Source of the DNA: Lingula anatina
Taxonomy: Eukaryota; Animalia; Brachiopoda
Direction of reading: 5' to 3'
Length of the DNA: 64,000 nucleotides
Assembly: GCA_051362555.1 (NCBI GenBank)
Contig: CM120640.1
Location: forward strand, 40,402,788-40,466,787
Shown here: positions 50,592 to 64,000 of the stretch, piece by piece
Numbering within the stretch: the stretch's first letter is position 1
How the letters are laid out: each line of letters begins with the position of its first letter
Notes under the pieces: model-generated
The model's input: the letters and a program-made list of their open reading frames with translations, nothing else
Databases searched by the model: none
Told to the model about the DNA's origin: nothing
Program-made: the position numbers and the translations under genes

Positions 50592-53500
50592 TACAACCCA
50601 CAGAAGACTTATTCCAAAATCAAATTTAAATATTTTTGTTTTTGTTTTGAATGAAGGATTTTTACTTACATTCATTTCATATAGCTTACATGAATGGTGA
50701 GGATATGTGTTTTAATTTGAGACAATTTGAAATTATCTTAAAACCAAATATACTGAAAAGTGTTCAAAGGCATTGATAAATAAACTGAACAGTTTCTAAG
50801 AACAGTTAAGACAAGATGTGAAGACAGAGATGACCTTTTGTTTATGAGACCACACACTATTATGGGATCAGGTGCAGCTACAGGTAATATAGTATTACAT
50901 GCAGAGCACACCCACCAGTAATCTGCCCACTGGTGTGCTCATTTTCATAAAATCAAACCTCTGTCCACGGCAAAGCACGCAATATTGACTTTTATCATTT
51001 CAAGAAATGAGATTTCATTTCGAGAGGTATTCCAGGTGATTTATTGATTCATTTCTGCTGCCCTAACACCACACAAATCTTTTCTAATTTTCAAACTTTT
51101 TATGCATTTCTTGTGATTAAGTCGTCATGCAACGAATCAATGATAGATAGTTAGCAATAAAATTGCAATTGCAAGTTGAAAACTGTTAAAAGGGTCGTCC
51201 ATAGTACAAACCTGCTTCAAACCACCCCAACCTGTGTAAACCAATTACCTCTTTCCTGTGGCCAAATGTCCAGTAAATACTGGACCACCTGGATGTGCTT
51301 CTTGAAGTCCATTGCTGCACTGACGTTGAGGATGCTGCCCGGAGATGGACAAAGCAGGACAGGTCCAAAACACACAGCAAGGTTGTGGGTGGTCATCTTG
51401 TTGATGTCACTCCGTTTGGCCACTCTGTTCAGATGGTCAAGAAGCATCACCATGGTATCCTGGCAAAATGAATTTGAAATTCTGAGAATAAAATCTCATT
51501 CTCATAAAAATCAAACCCATCAGCATGACTGAGTTTGATAAAAAAATTATGATTTATATAATATCATTGAAGGCTGTATTGAATTGTCTATTTATCAACA
51601 ATAAGAAGTGTGGTCTTGGAGTGACATGTTACTGCTTTTTCTCAATACAATGCAATGTTGGTAAAATATTCATTCAGGAAAAAACTATATTCTAATCAAT
51701 GTCATCTAAAAAGAATGTTACCATTATCTTCTTATCATGAATCAATCCAAATAGCATGTTAATAGCACTTAATGTTGTTGCAGCTCAAAAATCTTATGAT
51801 CATTAGTTTTCAGCAATTGAACTGTTGGATAAAAATATAACAAGTGTAAATGAGAATGGCGGCAACTTGTAATCAAGGTCAGGTTGCATGTTATCCTTTA
51901 TTCAACTGAACAATGGAAACTCAGGGTGATGGTAAAAAGTTCATGGTTCTGTGATTTTTCACCCAATCTTAAATCACTGAACTAAAAGATCAGGTTTGCT
52001 TTAGCCTAATAGCCCACTGGTATAGTGGATTTCATTTCTTGCAAGCTAAATTAATTTCTTGAAAATCATCAGCCTAGATCAGTGCACAGTTTATTGGTTA
52101 CTGCCCTGAAAGAAAAGTACTGACAGCTTGCACTTTAATAATATAGCCTTTAAACTGAGTTAATTTTTCTAATGAAAAATGTATGCTCAGTACTTGTGCA
52201 TATCATTGGGTAATTTAATTTAACTATTTAACTATTAATTTTGACGGAATATCCCCCACTCAACAAAATATTGTAATAATAATAAAATAAAAAAGTGCAC
52301 ACACTTATCATGATAATGACCTCTTAAAAAATTGTTACAATCTTCAATATTTCCCTGCACGAATATCTACTTATTTACATGGCAAGGTTTTCTTTTAGTA
52401 AATTAATTTCCATAGAGTTTTTCTTAAATGTTTCATTGCAATTTTCATTTCAAAAACACCTCCACCATACCTGTTAGATTGTGATAGTGCAAAAATAAAC
52501 AAGCAAATTCAGGCAAAGGTACAAAAAGCATCAAAAACAGCCATTCTTCCAAATGATTATTTTAGGAACAAGCAAATGAATCAAAGTGGAATTTTCCCCT
52601 GGGGTTTGTGCTCTGACCACTAGAGACTCAATTGAACTCAGCAGCTTATGCCTGATAAACATGGCCATTACATTTAACCCAATGGCAATGGGCTTAACCA
52701 TCTGTATTTCACATCTTTCCCAGTAGTTTTTGAGTTGATTGCATTGTTCCAATTTTTAAGGCTTATAGTACTTTTTGGACATGAGCAAGCTTAAGGACAC
52801 TGAAGATATTACATTAAAAGTTTCTTTGACAAACTCTGTCACAGAATTTGACCTTAGAGACCTACAGACATTTTAAAGGCATCCCAGTCTACATAACATA
52901 GAAACATGTTCACTAAGAAATCTGTTCAAAAATACAATGACACACAGCAAATATTTTTCTTCATCTTGGAAAAAGTCCATCCTGAATCAAGGCACATGCT
53001 TTTTTATACTGGAAAATGGTCTCAAGTGTTTTATACAGTGTACAATAACAAAAAGGCTTTGTTTATAACACTATGTATAAAAGATTATTCAACCTAATTG
53101 ATTTGATTATGAATGATGCTCCAATACTCTAAGGTTGGTCCTTGACATTGTTATATTGGCAGCGGGCTGGCTGCATTATTACAATGTGTGGTATATATGA
53201 AAAAGATGTTGGCCATTTCAGGAAATACAGATCAGCTTAAATATTAAGGTTTATTGCATGCTTTACTTAATCATGTTTGGAAGACATCTTTAAATTATGA
53301 ATTTATGGTTCAGATCATTAGCATGGTTTGAAACACCCTGGTTCTCTTAACTTCTGAGAACATGCCCTCAGATATTCAAAATTACAAATATGCATTCACC
53401 AAACACTGGAACTTGCTTTGTAATTAACATTGATCAAACGCCGTGACCTTGACAAGAAATCTTTCACAAGAAACTGACCCTGATTAGCTGGCCACAGTCC

Positions 53501-56500
53501 TCATTTCTTGTTACGGGATGATTGAGCACATTCACTAATGCTCACAATTATAAGTTATGAAGACAATGCTATTTGCTGGCACAATACAGGAGCAGGATCT
53601 TAAATCATAAAAATCACCCTAATGCTTTTATATCATTGGCAAGAACTGTTCTCCAATGTACATACAATATTCACCATCGTTACTACTATTACCTGATTTG
53701 GTTTTGGAAGACATTCTAATATACTGAGCATGAGTTTGGCATTGCCCTCTGGATCTCCTGGCATCTGGACACACAGGGCATCCACCAGCATATTGTACAA
53801 AGCATTGGTGAACAAAGGCTCTGGGAGCTCTCGGAGGTAGTCCTTTAGAAGACCTATAGAAAACAAATTGTAGAATATATACATCTAAGAATTTTTAATT
53901 ATCTATGTTTTATATGACATATGTAGTATACCATTATGTTTGTTCTTCTTAGAGTAGTTAGAAAGCCTAAAAATGTAAAAAAAACATTCTTGTGCTTAAT
54001 AACTTATCATTATTGTTGCACTTTTTGAAATATATTTTATTGAAACTTGACAGTATTTGTTCATTTATCAATATCAGAATTACTTTATTTCTATAATTTC
54101 TGTATATGTAATTCTAATATGTAACTTATAACCAACATTTAGCTGCACCAACATGTAAAACAGGCAGTACAGATGCATTGTACAGCAGCTTTTCTAATGT
54201 GCTTAAGCATTGTCATTAACATTAAGGTTATTGGAACAGAAATTGGAAACAAGTAATTTCACTAGGCTTAGAAATTAAGCCGCAAGACATATGATGTTGT
54301 AGTCCTTGTTTCTCACACCAATGTACGGTTATAGCCAAATGCTCTCGTCAGAAAATCAAATTTAGAAATCACTTATTGCTCTCTAAAAATACATCTGATG
54401 GTGGAGCAAAATGGAGGGCATTTGATTCATGGTCCGTGCAGCCAGGTTTTCTGGAAAACAATTTCTTGGAGACTGGTTGCAAATTGTCTGATTTCTCTTT
54501 TTGGCTTTCAATTAATCTTGTAATGGCTTTTTTACATGTAGGATGGCTACATATGGACCATGGCAAACTGGATGGCAGACAGGAGATGAGAACATTGCAG
54601 GTTTAACAGGCAGATAATCAAGTTGTATGATATGTTATACCAAAAATAATACATGTACTGGTCAACATTTCTTCACAGTAACCACTGTTTCCAATTCATC
54701 GCCAATGACCAACAAGTGTTGCTAGCCATTTTCATAAATTTGTCCAGGTGAATTTATGGCAACTTTTATTTGGGTCTTTTCATTGTGACTAACTGGGGTA
54801 GGTTAAAATAAGCATGATCCAGGTAAAAGTTGAAAACTGTCATTTGGAATATTTTTGAATTTGCCTATAGGAGTCACTGTCTACACCATTTGCTTTACGT
54901 TTTCTGTTCCCTGCACTACAATACAGGGCTTGTTTACAAGGTGTGACAATGAATACAAAGAAACTATGAGCATTTTTTTTTTATTTTAGTACAATGTGAT
55001 ATCTTGAACAAATGTGCACTTGTTAAAATGCATATTATCACTGTGTGACAGTTGTAACACGGAATACAATGGCACATATAAATAGCTTTTGCACTTTTTC
55101 GTTAGTTTTTCCAAAATTTGTCTGCCACAAGAGACTTCATGTGTTAGACTGTATCATTCAGTATGAAAAATTATTTACTTTATTGGCTCTTATGTTGTGT
55201 AATACAGAAGGCAAATTCTGTGTCTTGTATGCCTGACCTTTCAAACATCACATTCCGCTGTAAAAAGTATATATCTAATGTCTATACCCATACCCATAGC
55301 CAGAGATTTAAAAAAAGAGGGGGGGGGGGGGGGGGAGGGGGGGGGAGGGGGGGGGGGGAGGGGGGGGGAGGGTCTTTTTCTGAAAGAGGACCTTTTACCA
55401 TGAAACTGCTTAGATCAAATTTTGCCCAGAGCAGACCTTTTACTGGTAAAAAACCCTTGAATCTCCCTAGGTATGCAGGGGCGGATTGAGGCCGTCTTCT
55501 GGGTCTTCCGGAAGAGGGTCAGGTTTTAAAGTTTACATTGACAGGTATATAATTTTTTCTGTTGGAAGACGGTCAAAAATGGAGGATGGACTAACAAAGA
55601 TAATTTGGAAGACTGTCAGAAAATATCTCTGGATCCGCCCCTGCTATGGGCCTGATACCATTAACCCCCATCTAAAAGAAATTCAACACACGTACCTGTA
55701 ACTACATGAACATCCATCACATTATCAGGTGACAAATCTACCAAAAAGGGATTTTTCTCAAACTCCTCCCGAAGCTCTCCTTTCCGCCTAGCAGACCCAC
55801 ACACCCTGTAGGTCCCAACAGTCTCCAGGCCCCTGCGGTCAATCTCCTCGATACATTTATGTACAATAATGGGCACCCTGAGTCCCGACTTCTCTCTACG
55901 GATCACAGACTCTAATGTAGCACCAAATAAAGCATTTCTGTGTATGGAAGGCGTGCGCTGCAGGGTGACCGCTGCTTCTTTGTACGACAATTCTAAATAA
56001 ATCAAACCTTTGGGTTCCATTTTCAGGGCAAGTTTGCAAGTTGGGGCTCGTATTTTGTGCAAAAGATTGACTAGATTAATGGTGCCGGTGAAGCACAATT
56101 TGTGGCGGGACATGGGATCCCAATTGTACACAAGGCACGACAATTCCCAGGCATCTTCTAGGTCAATTTCAAACATCTCGTCCCAGTCAAAATTGATAGC
56201 ACCTGTTCTAATCATTGTGCGGGCTTTATTCATCCTGTCGATTTCTAAAACACAGTACAAGTCTCTTAGGGCGGCCTTTGAAGACTTTAAACCATGCCCG
56301 CAGTATATGTGTATACTTAATAAGCCATCCAAGCCCACACAAGTCCGTGGCGAAAGTCTCATTTGTTTTCTTTCAACCTCTGGTCTATACATCAAAAAAT
56401 CCTCAATCCTGATTCTTAACGGCTTTCTAGAAAGCTGTAAATCATGTAGTCTTGAAGATAAGTGCATGGCTCTAGCTCTGTCCATAGTATCACTTACAAC

Positions 56501-56799
56501 AGAGTCGGGGCTGAAATTTTGTTCAGCCATTTTTGGACCGCCATGTTGTGACACTGTGTGGTATATTGTGGAATACTTCTGCTCCTGCTTGAGGTCAAAG
56601 GAATTGTCCAGATTTGGAATCTGGTGAGGCGAAATCAGAACATCGGCAGGCGGTTTTCGTAGGATGATGTGAGGTTGTTGAGTAAATTTACGATACAACA
56701 TGGGCGACAGTGTGGCAGTCCATGACATGTATTCACTGGACGAATACGAGTCGTGTCTCTCTTTGTGTTTGGCACTTGTGGCAGTGGGGTATGGTGGAC
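39807..56799 (-). CDS. SYDE1: Syd-1/RhoGAP100F/SYDE-family C2 + RhoGAP protein, 5'-partial; exons 56799-55696, 53853-53693, 51459-51249, 39913-39807
   Basis: C2 domain (GLLSIHIYCGHGLKS..RDLYCVLEID..KARTMIRTGAINFDWDE) followed by RhoGAP (VPIIVHKCIEEIDRRGLETVGTYRVCGSA; GLLKDYLRELPEPLFT; NKMTTHNLAVCFGPVLL). Exon phases are consistent. The last exon (GLPMGLSESD..GDEK*) is inferred from splice signals and frame only. Upstream exons were not identified. SYDE1 versus SYDE2 cannot be resolved. Confidence 0.9.
41496..44201. mobile_element. Non-autonomous long-TIR DNA transposon (Academ-like, foldback structure) in the last SYDE intron
   Basis: Ends TAGTCCGG...CCGGACTA; imperfect inverted repeats of >300 bp (41496-~41820 versus ~43860-44201); 3-bp TSD TGA (41493-41495 / 44202-44204); internal ~180-bp degenerate repeats; no transposase ORF. 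The superfamily assignment rests on TAG termini plus a 3-bp TSD. Confidence 0.85.
50536..50591. repeat. (AAT)n microsatellite
   Basis: Direct reading; it explains the poly-Asn ORF 50396..50629. Confidence 0.95.
55289..55654. mobile_element. hAT-like MITE (CAGGCCCGTAGCC-type ends, poly-G tract) interrupted by a second MITE
   Basis: Degenerate left end CATACCCATAGCCAG and right end GCTATGGGCCTG. The internal GGACCTTTTACCAT..TAGATCAAAT..CCAGAG..GACCTTTT is shared with 57234-57401. Confidence 0.6.
55476..55643. mobile_element. 168-bp MITE with CAGGGGCGGAT/ATCCGCCCCTG TIRs, nested in the previous element
   Basis: Perfect 11-bp terminal inverted repeats; no clean TSD seen. Confidence 0.65.
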
Positions 56800-57233
56800 C
56801 TGAAAGAAAACACAACATGTACATATTACTTGGTATCAGATAAAAATACTAAGGGATGCTTATTAGATGGAAATCACAGTCGAAATACAGTATTCTACAA
56901 CATAAAGCAGGTAATTTATAGAGAAAAGACTACATCAAGTCAAACATCAGTTCACATATAAATTAATGCAGTCCATAACTACCTCTCTCCAATCTGATAA
57001 TTGATTATTAACAACAGATTACATTTATTATATTGAATACTCAGCTTATTTGGCAACTGGTCAACACTAAACTGATGAAACCAATTAAAACTTGCATAAT
57101 CAATTAAAACTGCATTGATTAGTTGCCAGTATGCATGATGATGAAAATTTGGATCTAACGTCCAAAAGAAACAATCATGTACTTTAAGTTTTGCAAAACA
57201 GCTTAACAATTAATACTTGGTTTATCCTAATGC

Positions 57234-57401
57234 CAGGCCTGTAGCCAGCGATTTGAAATGGGGGGTTCATTTTCTGAAAAAGTGGACCTTTTACCATAAA
57301 ACCTTCATGTACCTAGATCAAATATTATCCAGAGTGGACCTTTTCCCAGGAAAAAGGGTGGTTCTTTCGAACCCCCCCCCCCCCCCCAGGCTACGGGCCT
57401 G
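57234..57401. mobile_element. 168-bp hAT-like MITE
   Basis: TIRs CAGGCCTGTAGCC / GGCTACGGGCCTG (12/13 match), with an internal G-run and C-run; same family as 55289-55654. Confidence 0.7.
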
Positions 57402-60400
57402 AAACCCCTAATAATTGCTGCCCAAGGTGTCAAACAAAACACATGCGTTAAATGCTTTGCCAACCTGCCAAGGTTATTCTCATTAGGTTAACTATTATGC
57501 TTAATAAAAATAATGAATGATTATCAATATCAGTCCTCACCCCTCCCCTCTTTCCCCCAAAGTGGTGCCCAACCCACATCAAATAAATATACTGATAAGT
57601 GACAATAATTTAATGAAGCAACTCTGCCCTTCATAATCTTATAATGTTGCAGCCTGATGAAATAATCACATTTAAATATATCTCTTACTCAATATAAATC
57701 AAAGAGCTTATGGTTTCAAGAGGGTTAGGAGTCTTACATAACCATACACAGCTGGTTTTCCATTAATTGTTTTTCTCAACCTCACCAGTATCAATGCTAC
57801 CGTATTGATCTGTTCACCCTATCTTAATAACAATACATGTAATCAAAGCCCAAATGAAATGCTCTTTACCAGGCTTAGATTAAAGTCAGGCTACAAAGCT
57901 GGGGTAGATTATCCCCCTCGTCTGATCCCATTAATATCTATGTGTTGTTTTATGTGTAATTATGTGCTATCGCAAAACCCAGCTTCTCACTTGGGGCGGA
58001 TTTTCAAGATAGACCAAACCGACCAATTTGCTGCATTAATACACTGCAGGAGCAAAAACCTGGCTTTCCTAGCAATCAATAGCTGTTTTCTTGCTTTTGG
58101 TGATAGGAAAATTTTCAATTCATTTATTTACAGCATGCTCCAGGAAAATTGCATTGTCCCTTATGGGACTGCCTATCATTTCATACCAGAGACCCGTCCG
58201 CCTTCCTTTCGCTGAAAGATCTTGACATTTTCAAGATGCAGTCATACTTGGCTCCTAATTGTCCCTAAGTTATTTGTCATGTTTTCCTAATACTAATAAA
58301 CCCTGGTGGTTCTACTATAAATTATCTCATTAGAAACAACTCAAAAAACAATCAGATATAACACATCACCAGCCTTCAATACATTCATAGAATATAATAA
58401 TACCAGGAGTGAGCAATGGCATGTTCTATTCATAAATTCAATGAAAATCCCAATCGCTATTGGCTATTATATTTAGTAATTCCCTTTTTAAATGTTTCTA
58501 CTTTGGCATTATATACTGACTAGAGTCAACCAATTTATACATCGCATGTCCTACTGATACTAACATGGCATGCTTTGCAGACTAACACAAGGCATGCCTT
58601 ACTAACTCAAACCTGGCATGCCCAACCTATCAAACTTGGCATCCACTACTTACTCACAGATGACACGGTTCACCAACCTATGCCATGCATGTCCAACTGG
58701 GTGGAATGGGTAATGTCTAACACCAATTTCACAAAATAAAAAAAAATCAGCACGGTTTGTTAAGCCTGCTTAACTGAAGTAGCTGATTACAACTAGCAAA
58801 AGCTTTCAAAGAACTTTTAATAGGAGATAAGAGAACTTGAGTGTTTTTGACTTATCAAAGGTGGTTATGGGAAACACTGAGTAAACTTGGTATCAAAACA
58901 ATTCCATAAAAATGAGGTACAGTAGGCAACCTTTCAGATTCTATGTAAAATGCAACTTGTTCAATTAAGAGTATTAGAAGTCTTCGCAGTGACTGTCTAT
59001 TACAATTCATTTTGTGCATCTGAGCTCTGGCACCATTTGCTGATTCAAACAACTTCGTTCCAAGCTGACATGTTCCTGGCACGTTCCACCCCCTCTAATG
59101 CTCCCTGCTTCACTGACTTCCACCTGTCATTCTCCAACTATTCTCCAACTGCCAAATCCTTCCAAATTAAACCTGCCGAGTTTCCTTGTACATGACAGTG
59201 ATGTTCTCCTTTACAAGACAATGAAGAATGGCAATTTTAGCCTATATCCTACAGCTTTTGAGATTAAAATTGAATCAATAAAGTTGAATAAAAGGCATAA
59301 CTAATAAATCTCAGCTGTAGCTCCCAGGCCTCTCAGCTGAAACTTCTTTTAGATCTGGATAACAATGGCGCATAAATAATAATGACAGATCCATTTTTTG
59401 TTCTTAAAACTGATAGCCTAATTACAGTGACAAAAAACTGCATTATTATCATGAAAGATTCTCTGGGCATACTTCACAGTGGAAGTTTGAGAAATTAGAA
59501 TGGCTTCTGACCTTGATAAAATTGCATTGACATTTAGGAGACCTTTTATCTGCTGTATTATTGAAAACATACATCAATGCCAGAGAGAGAATCCTAACAG
59601 GGGTTTCTATAGTCTGAGAGACGTGGGTTGCTCCATTATTATGGCTCCATGTCCTAGACTAGTCACTATCATATACATGTGCATCTATTGTCCATAATAA
59701 TTGTTTTAGATTATTACTGGACAGTTTTGCTTTCTTTTTATACACAGCTCTTATTCAATTAGGATTCTCCTCCTAAAGTGCCATACCTTTTGACTTAAGC
59801 ATTTTTTTCTTTGTACACTATAATATACAGTATAAAAATACATCTTAATAAAAAAAACATCCATTTACAAAATACATTATATATATATATATATATATAT
59901 ACAGACATTCGGACATTCACGCTTTATCTTTACCTGCAGTTAACATTTTGGATGGTACTGGACATTTTAGATGGACATTTGCTACCTCTTCCCCCGTTCC
60001 CCCCCCCCCCCTCCTAACCCCCCATGCCTTACTCCAATGCATCTCTGATTCTTAATAATCTTGCAGAGGCAATCAAATATGAATAGTTCATTACACAATT
60101 CCTGGAAGTCCAGTAATGCCTTTAGTTATCTTTTAACACTATCAAATGTACCACACTCATTAAGTGCACTTAAAATTCTGAAATGCTGGCTGAAATATGA
60201 ATTCCAGATTGAACAACAAAGTAATAAAAATCAGACCTCTGGATCTGCCAAGAGCTCTTTTATCTGTTGATGGAAGGGTTGATTAAATAGTTAAATTGCA
60301 AAACCTTTGCTTTAGGGATTCTTTTTTTTTTTACCAAGCTTTTGATACGAAATAAGATATGGTAATGCAAATCACTAAAATGGATGTCGAAGATTTAGCA

Positions 60401-63400
60401 AAATCCTCATTAATAGTGGTTACAGGAATATCTGTTTAATTCCCCCAAAAAATTCCATGTATGGCAAATCACAGCATTAAAAAAAAAACAACTGTAATGA
60501 CTTTTTATTTGGTTTTTACAAATGATATTCATTGGCTTGTGTCTGCAAAAGAACCACGCAAGCTAAGTACTTTTGATTTCAAAATAAAATGCCAATTAAG
60601 ATTTGCAAAAAGATTTGCTTTCTAGATGATTTTCTTTTTTATAATTATTATCAGCACATTTCCAGGTGTCATATTCAATTTCTGAATTAAATTGACAGAT
60701 CTGAGCAATAGACCTGTCAAAAAAAACTGGTGTACTGTTATAAATTGTAGACAGACCATGAGAAATGCTAATTTATGCATATATCCCATCCATAGTGCAT
60801 CCTTTTATTCTTTTTCCTAGCAATTTTCTAAATATATAAAATAAAAATAGCAACTGCCTTTGGTGTATCAATACTAAGTCTTTCATAACTACTCTTGGTC
60901 ATCAATAACTCAGACAAACTATCACAACTGTATTAATGTGGCATTGCTAAAAACCCAAGGCATTGTTGACCGAATACATCACTCTTCTAACAGCAGAGAC
61001 ATATGTAAATATATTAATTACATTAGAAGTGCCAACAGGAACAAGAATGTATGCTGAAAACATCACTCGGGGTGTGAATTGTAAGAGTTTTCAAGACATG
61101 ATATAGATTTTGCTGAGAGCATTTTCTGAGCATTTTCATGTGTATTTTCCACGAGTTCTTTCTGCATGCTGTATAACAGAGCCAGTATACACCCACTGCC
61201 AAACTGATACAATTATTGTGGTCAATATAAAGCAGCCATTTCCCTTTACTCGCAGCCGCTTTCCTGCTTTCCACAATTCAACTTAATTGTACCCAGTGAC
61301 CTGTGAAGAATACGCAAGACAGAATATTAATCGTGTCAAGTTTAAAAAAAAGAGAGCTTTCACAGTAAACGGTAATTACTTTCTCTGAAGAACAATGACC
61401 TGGAATGATCAAAGGCCTGCCAGAGACAGCTAGGCAGTTAGTTACACACAGTGCATCAAACAACAACTAAATGTTTCTCAATATTATTACTTGTTGTCCC
61501 CACAGAATCCACAGTGTGTGCATGTCCCCAGAAATATACTAAAATATTCGCTTCAAGTTCAAAGCCAAATATGCAAACATGAATTCTGCGTTTCCTGGCT
61601 CTCATTTCACACTGAATCTTCATTTAAAAGATTAACTAATAATCCAGTTGATTGTACACAGGAGGACGCATTTATCAGGAAAGGGAATAGAAAGGTCCCT
61701 GTCAGTCCCTTTGTTACCTTACTCTGAGTTAATAAAAGAGTAATGTTTTTTCAGGTGATTAGGTTTTTTTTTCTTTAATTATAAGTACCAAGCACTGTAA
61801 ACAACTGAAAGATAGCACCAAACAGAAAGAAACCTTTAGGATGAAAGAGAATTTTTCATAGCTTTGTAAACCAATGTTATCATCAAAAAGCCCAAATACA
61901 AATTCAACAATAGCTATCATTCAATAAGCTCTTAAAAGCAATAGGTCTGTTTTTTATCACTGCACCGACTTAAACATCTAATACATTGGCTTTCTTTGTA
62001 GTTTGTAGAAAGCCTCATTGATCTCTACCATACTATTTGATAGAAACAGTGGTACATTAGCCTTGTAAAAATACTCTGACAATAACACAGAGACAATAAA
62101 ACCATGAAGCCAAATACTCCATAAAACTGGATAAACACCTGAACTCCATGCAGTCAATGAAACTCTAAATGGAGAGGATTTATGACAAAAAAAATTGTAT
62201 TAACTATTCACTGTGTTAAATTGACCATAAGAAGGGTTGTAGCTTTGGTGTTAAGGTGCAAAACAAAACATCATTTTGTATTGAGATAATATGTACACAA
62301 GAAGATTAAAAAGTTCATTCTTATGTGAAATTGAATACATACTGTATATACTCAGTCAAAGGCAGGTCAGCATGTCATTCAGTTTCCCTTGATTCTTGCT
62401 ACCATAAAAGCTGCCAAGGGATGTATCATTACCGATGATAAGTAAAACATTCAATAATTGATCCATGCCAAAAATCATAGGTTTTGCCTTCTTAATGCAT
62501 TCTATTATTAGGAACACCTTCTGTTATTATGGACATGTATCTGCCAAAGTAACCCCCCCCCCCCCAAAAAAAAAAAAATAATAATAATAATAACAATAAT
62601 AAAAAAATGAAAATAAAATAAATGCATTCAAGTTGTATCCCTGCCTTAGTGAGCTGGTTTGAATAAAGTTTACATACCTGATTTACATGGTGAATTCTAG
62701 ATATTTTTCTCTCTTTTTTCTATTATAATTTTGCCAATATGAAAGTTTCATGTTTTTTTTAAATATTCATGTGTCTCAGACTATCATGTTTTTATGTTTA
62801 CAAAAATATGAATCCACAATAATGGAGACAATTTTTACCCAAAGCTAATAAACGTGATGCCTTCATCTTCAAATGTTTTCAGAACTTGAATAGAACTTGT
62901 TTTAAAAAAATTGGCCCAAAAACTTAAAATAAAAAAAAAAAACCTGGTAAGCATCTGACCTGGGATCCATATCCAGATCAGTCTAAGAATTTTAATCTAG
63001 AATCTGTGGCTTACATTGCATACTAGAGCAAACAATGATTATCTCAACACAATAGCCCAATTACATATGACAACTATCTCTATTTTGGACCAGGAATTCA
63101 TAAAAAATGCCTATAATAGACTTTGCAAAGTCCACTTTATGAAGTCTGCCAACCCATTTAAGCAGTCTAAATTATGAAAAAAAAAAAAAAATGACTGGTC
63201 ACCTGCTAAGGATGATGGGGAATGTCATGTGGGCCTAAACCTGTAGGTAGGCCTACATATTATATTTGCCATTAATCCTGAGAACAAATTCATAAATTAT
63301 GAAAGCTCATGCCACTTACTTTGGTCAAAAGATGTATAGAGTAAACAATTAAATTTCTACACAATAATCTTCAATGTGCAACAAAATGATAAAAAGATAA

Positions 63401-64000
63401 AAAAAATTCATACTGACTGTATGTATACATGTTTAATCAAGCCTTTTGGTCTTGGCAAGTGGATTTGTTTAAAAACGCTATAACAAATCTAAATATTAGG
63501 ATTGCTTTCATGCTTCATAAGTCAATGGCTTCTCCAGCCTACAACTTCACAATAGAGAACTCAGAATACATCATTCTGAGGGTCATTTATATTAAAATGA
63601 CAAAAGGCAATCCTGTACGATAGCTCCAGTATACAGAATTCTGTGCTTGAAGAGTTATGGATTTCTGCTGCGTTTCTGTGCAACAAATGACTGCAGCATG
63701 TAACATTGCCTAAGTACATTAATGGTTTCAAACTGAAGGGTCAACTTCACAATAAATGACTGAGAAAAGAGCTGACATAGAATACATATTCACTCAATCA
63801 AACCACAATTTCCTAATTGAACATTTTGATTTTGACTTTATACAGTACAAAACATCTTATTTTAACTTCACCTGACAAAGCATGTGTGTGCGTGTGTGCA
63901 AATGTACGTGCATCCATGTACGCGAATTTTTTACTGAATTTTAAAGGACATTGAAGACTCACTCCTCCACTATCCACATATCCAGTATCATGACAGAAAC

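Noticed and set aside
50396-50629. Signal-peptide-like poly-Asn ORF
   Set aside because: It is an (AAT)n microsatellite antisense within a SYDE intron, with no other support.
56010-56627. 205-aa plus-strand ORF
   Set aside because: It is the antisense shadow of the SYDE C2-domain exon, with no recognisable motifs.
56800-64000. Upstream SYDE exons (a PDZ domain is expected in invertebrate Syd-1)
   Set aside because: No convincing exon or PDZ motif was found; the region is probably intron, with the 5' exons beyond the window.

Overview
AT-rich, intron-containing eukaryotic DNA, probably from a marine invertebrate (mollusc-like repeat content; the taxon is an inference). Four spliced protein genes can be reconstructed by hand with consistent GT-AG intron phases. 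(1) THG1L tRNA(His) guanylyltransferase (+, 1755-6434). (2) A compact 4-exon kinase-fold gene whose catalytic HRD motif reads ILN, i.e. a probable pseudokinase (+, 18708-20405). (3) The tubulin polyglutamylase TTLL7 (+, 22969-34440, 18 exons, 889 aa). (4) The 3' part of a Syd-1/SYDE C2-RhoGAP gene (-, 56799 down to 39807). Mobile and repeat DNA includes two Helentron/HINE-like elements carrying 146-bp satellite arrays inside THG1L, a 34-bp G-rich minisatellite, a 2.7-kb long-TIR Academ-like element, and small nested MITEs. The most notable observations are the pseudokinase with scattered paralog fragments, a mitochondrial-presequence-like THG1L leader broken by a one-base shift in an A10 run, and satellite-carrying Helentrons bracketing THG1L exons 4-6. 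Nothing prokaryotic is present and there is no CRISPR array. All calls are manual; no database searches were run.
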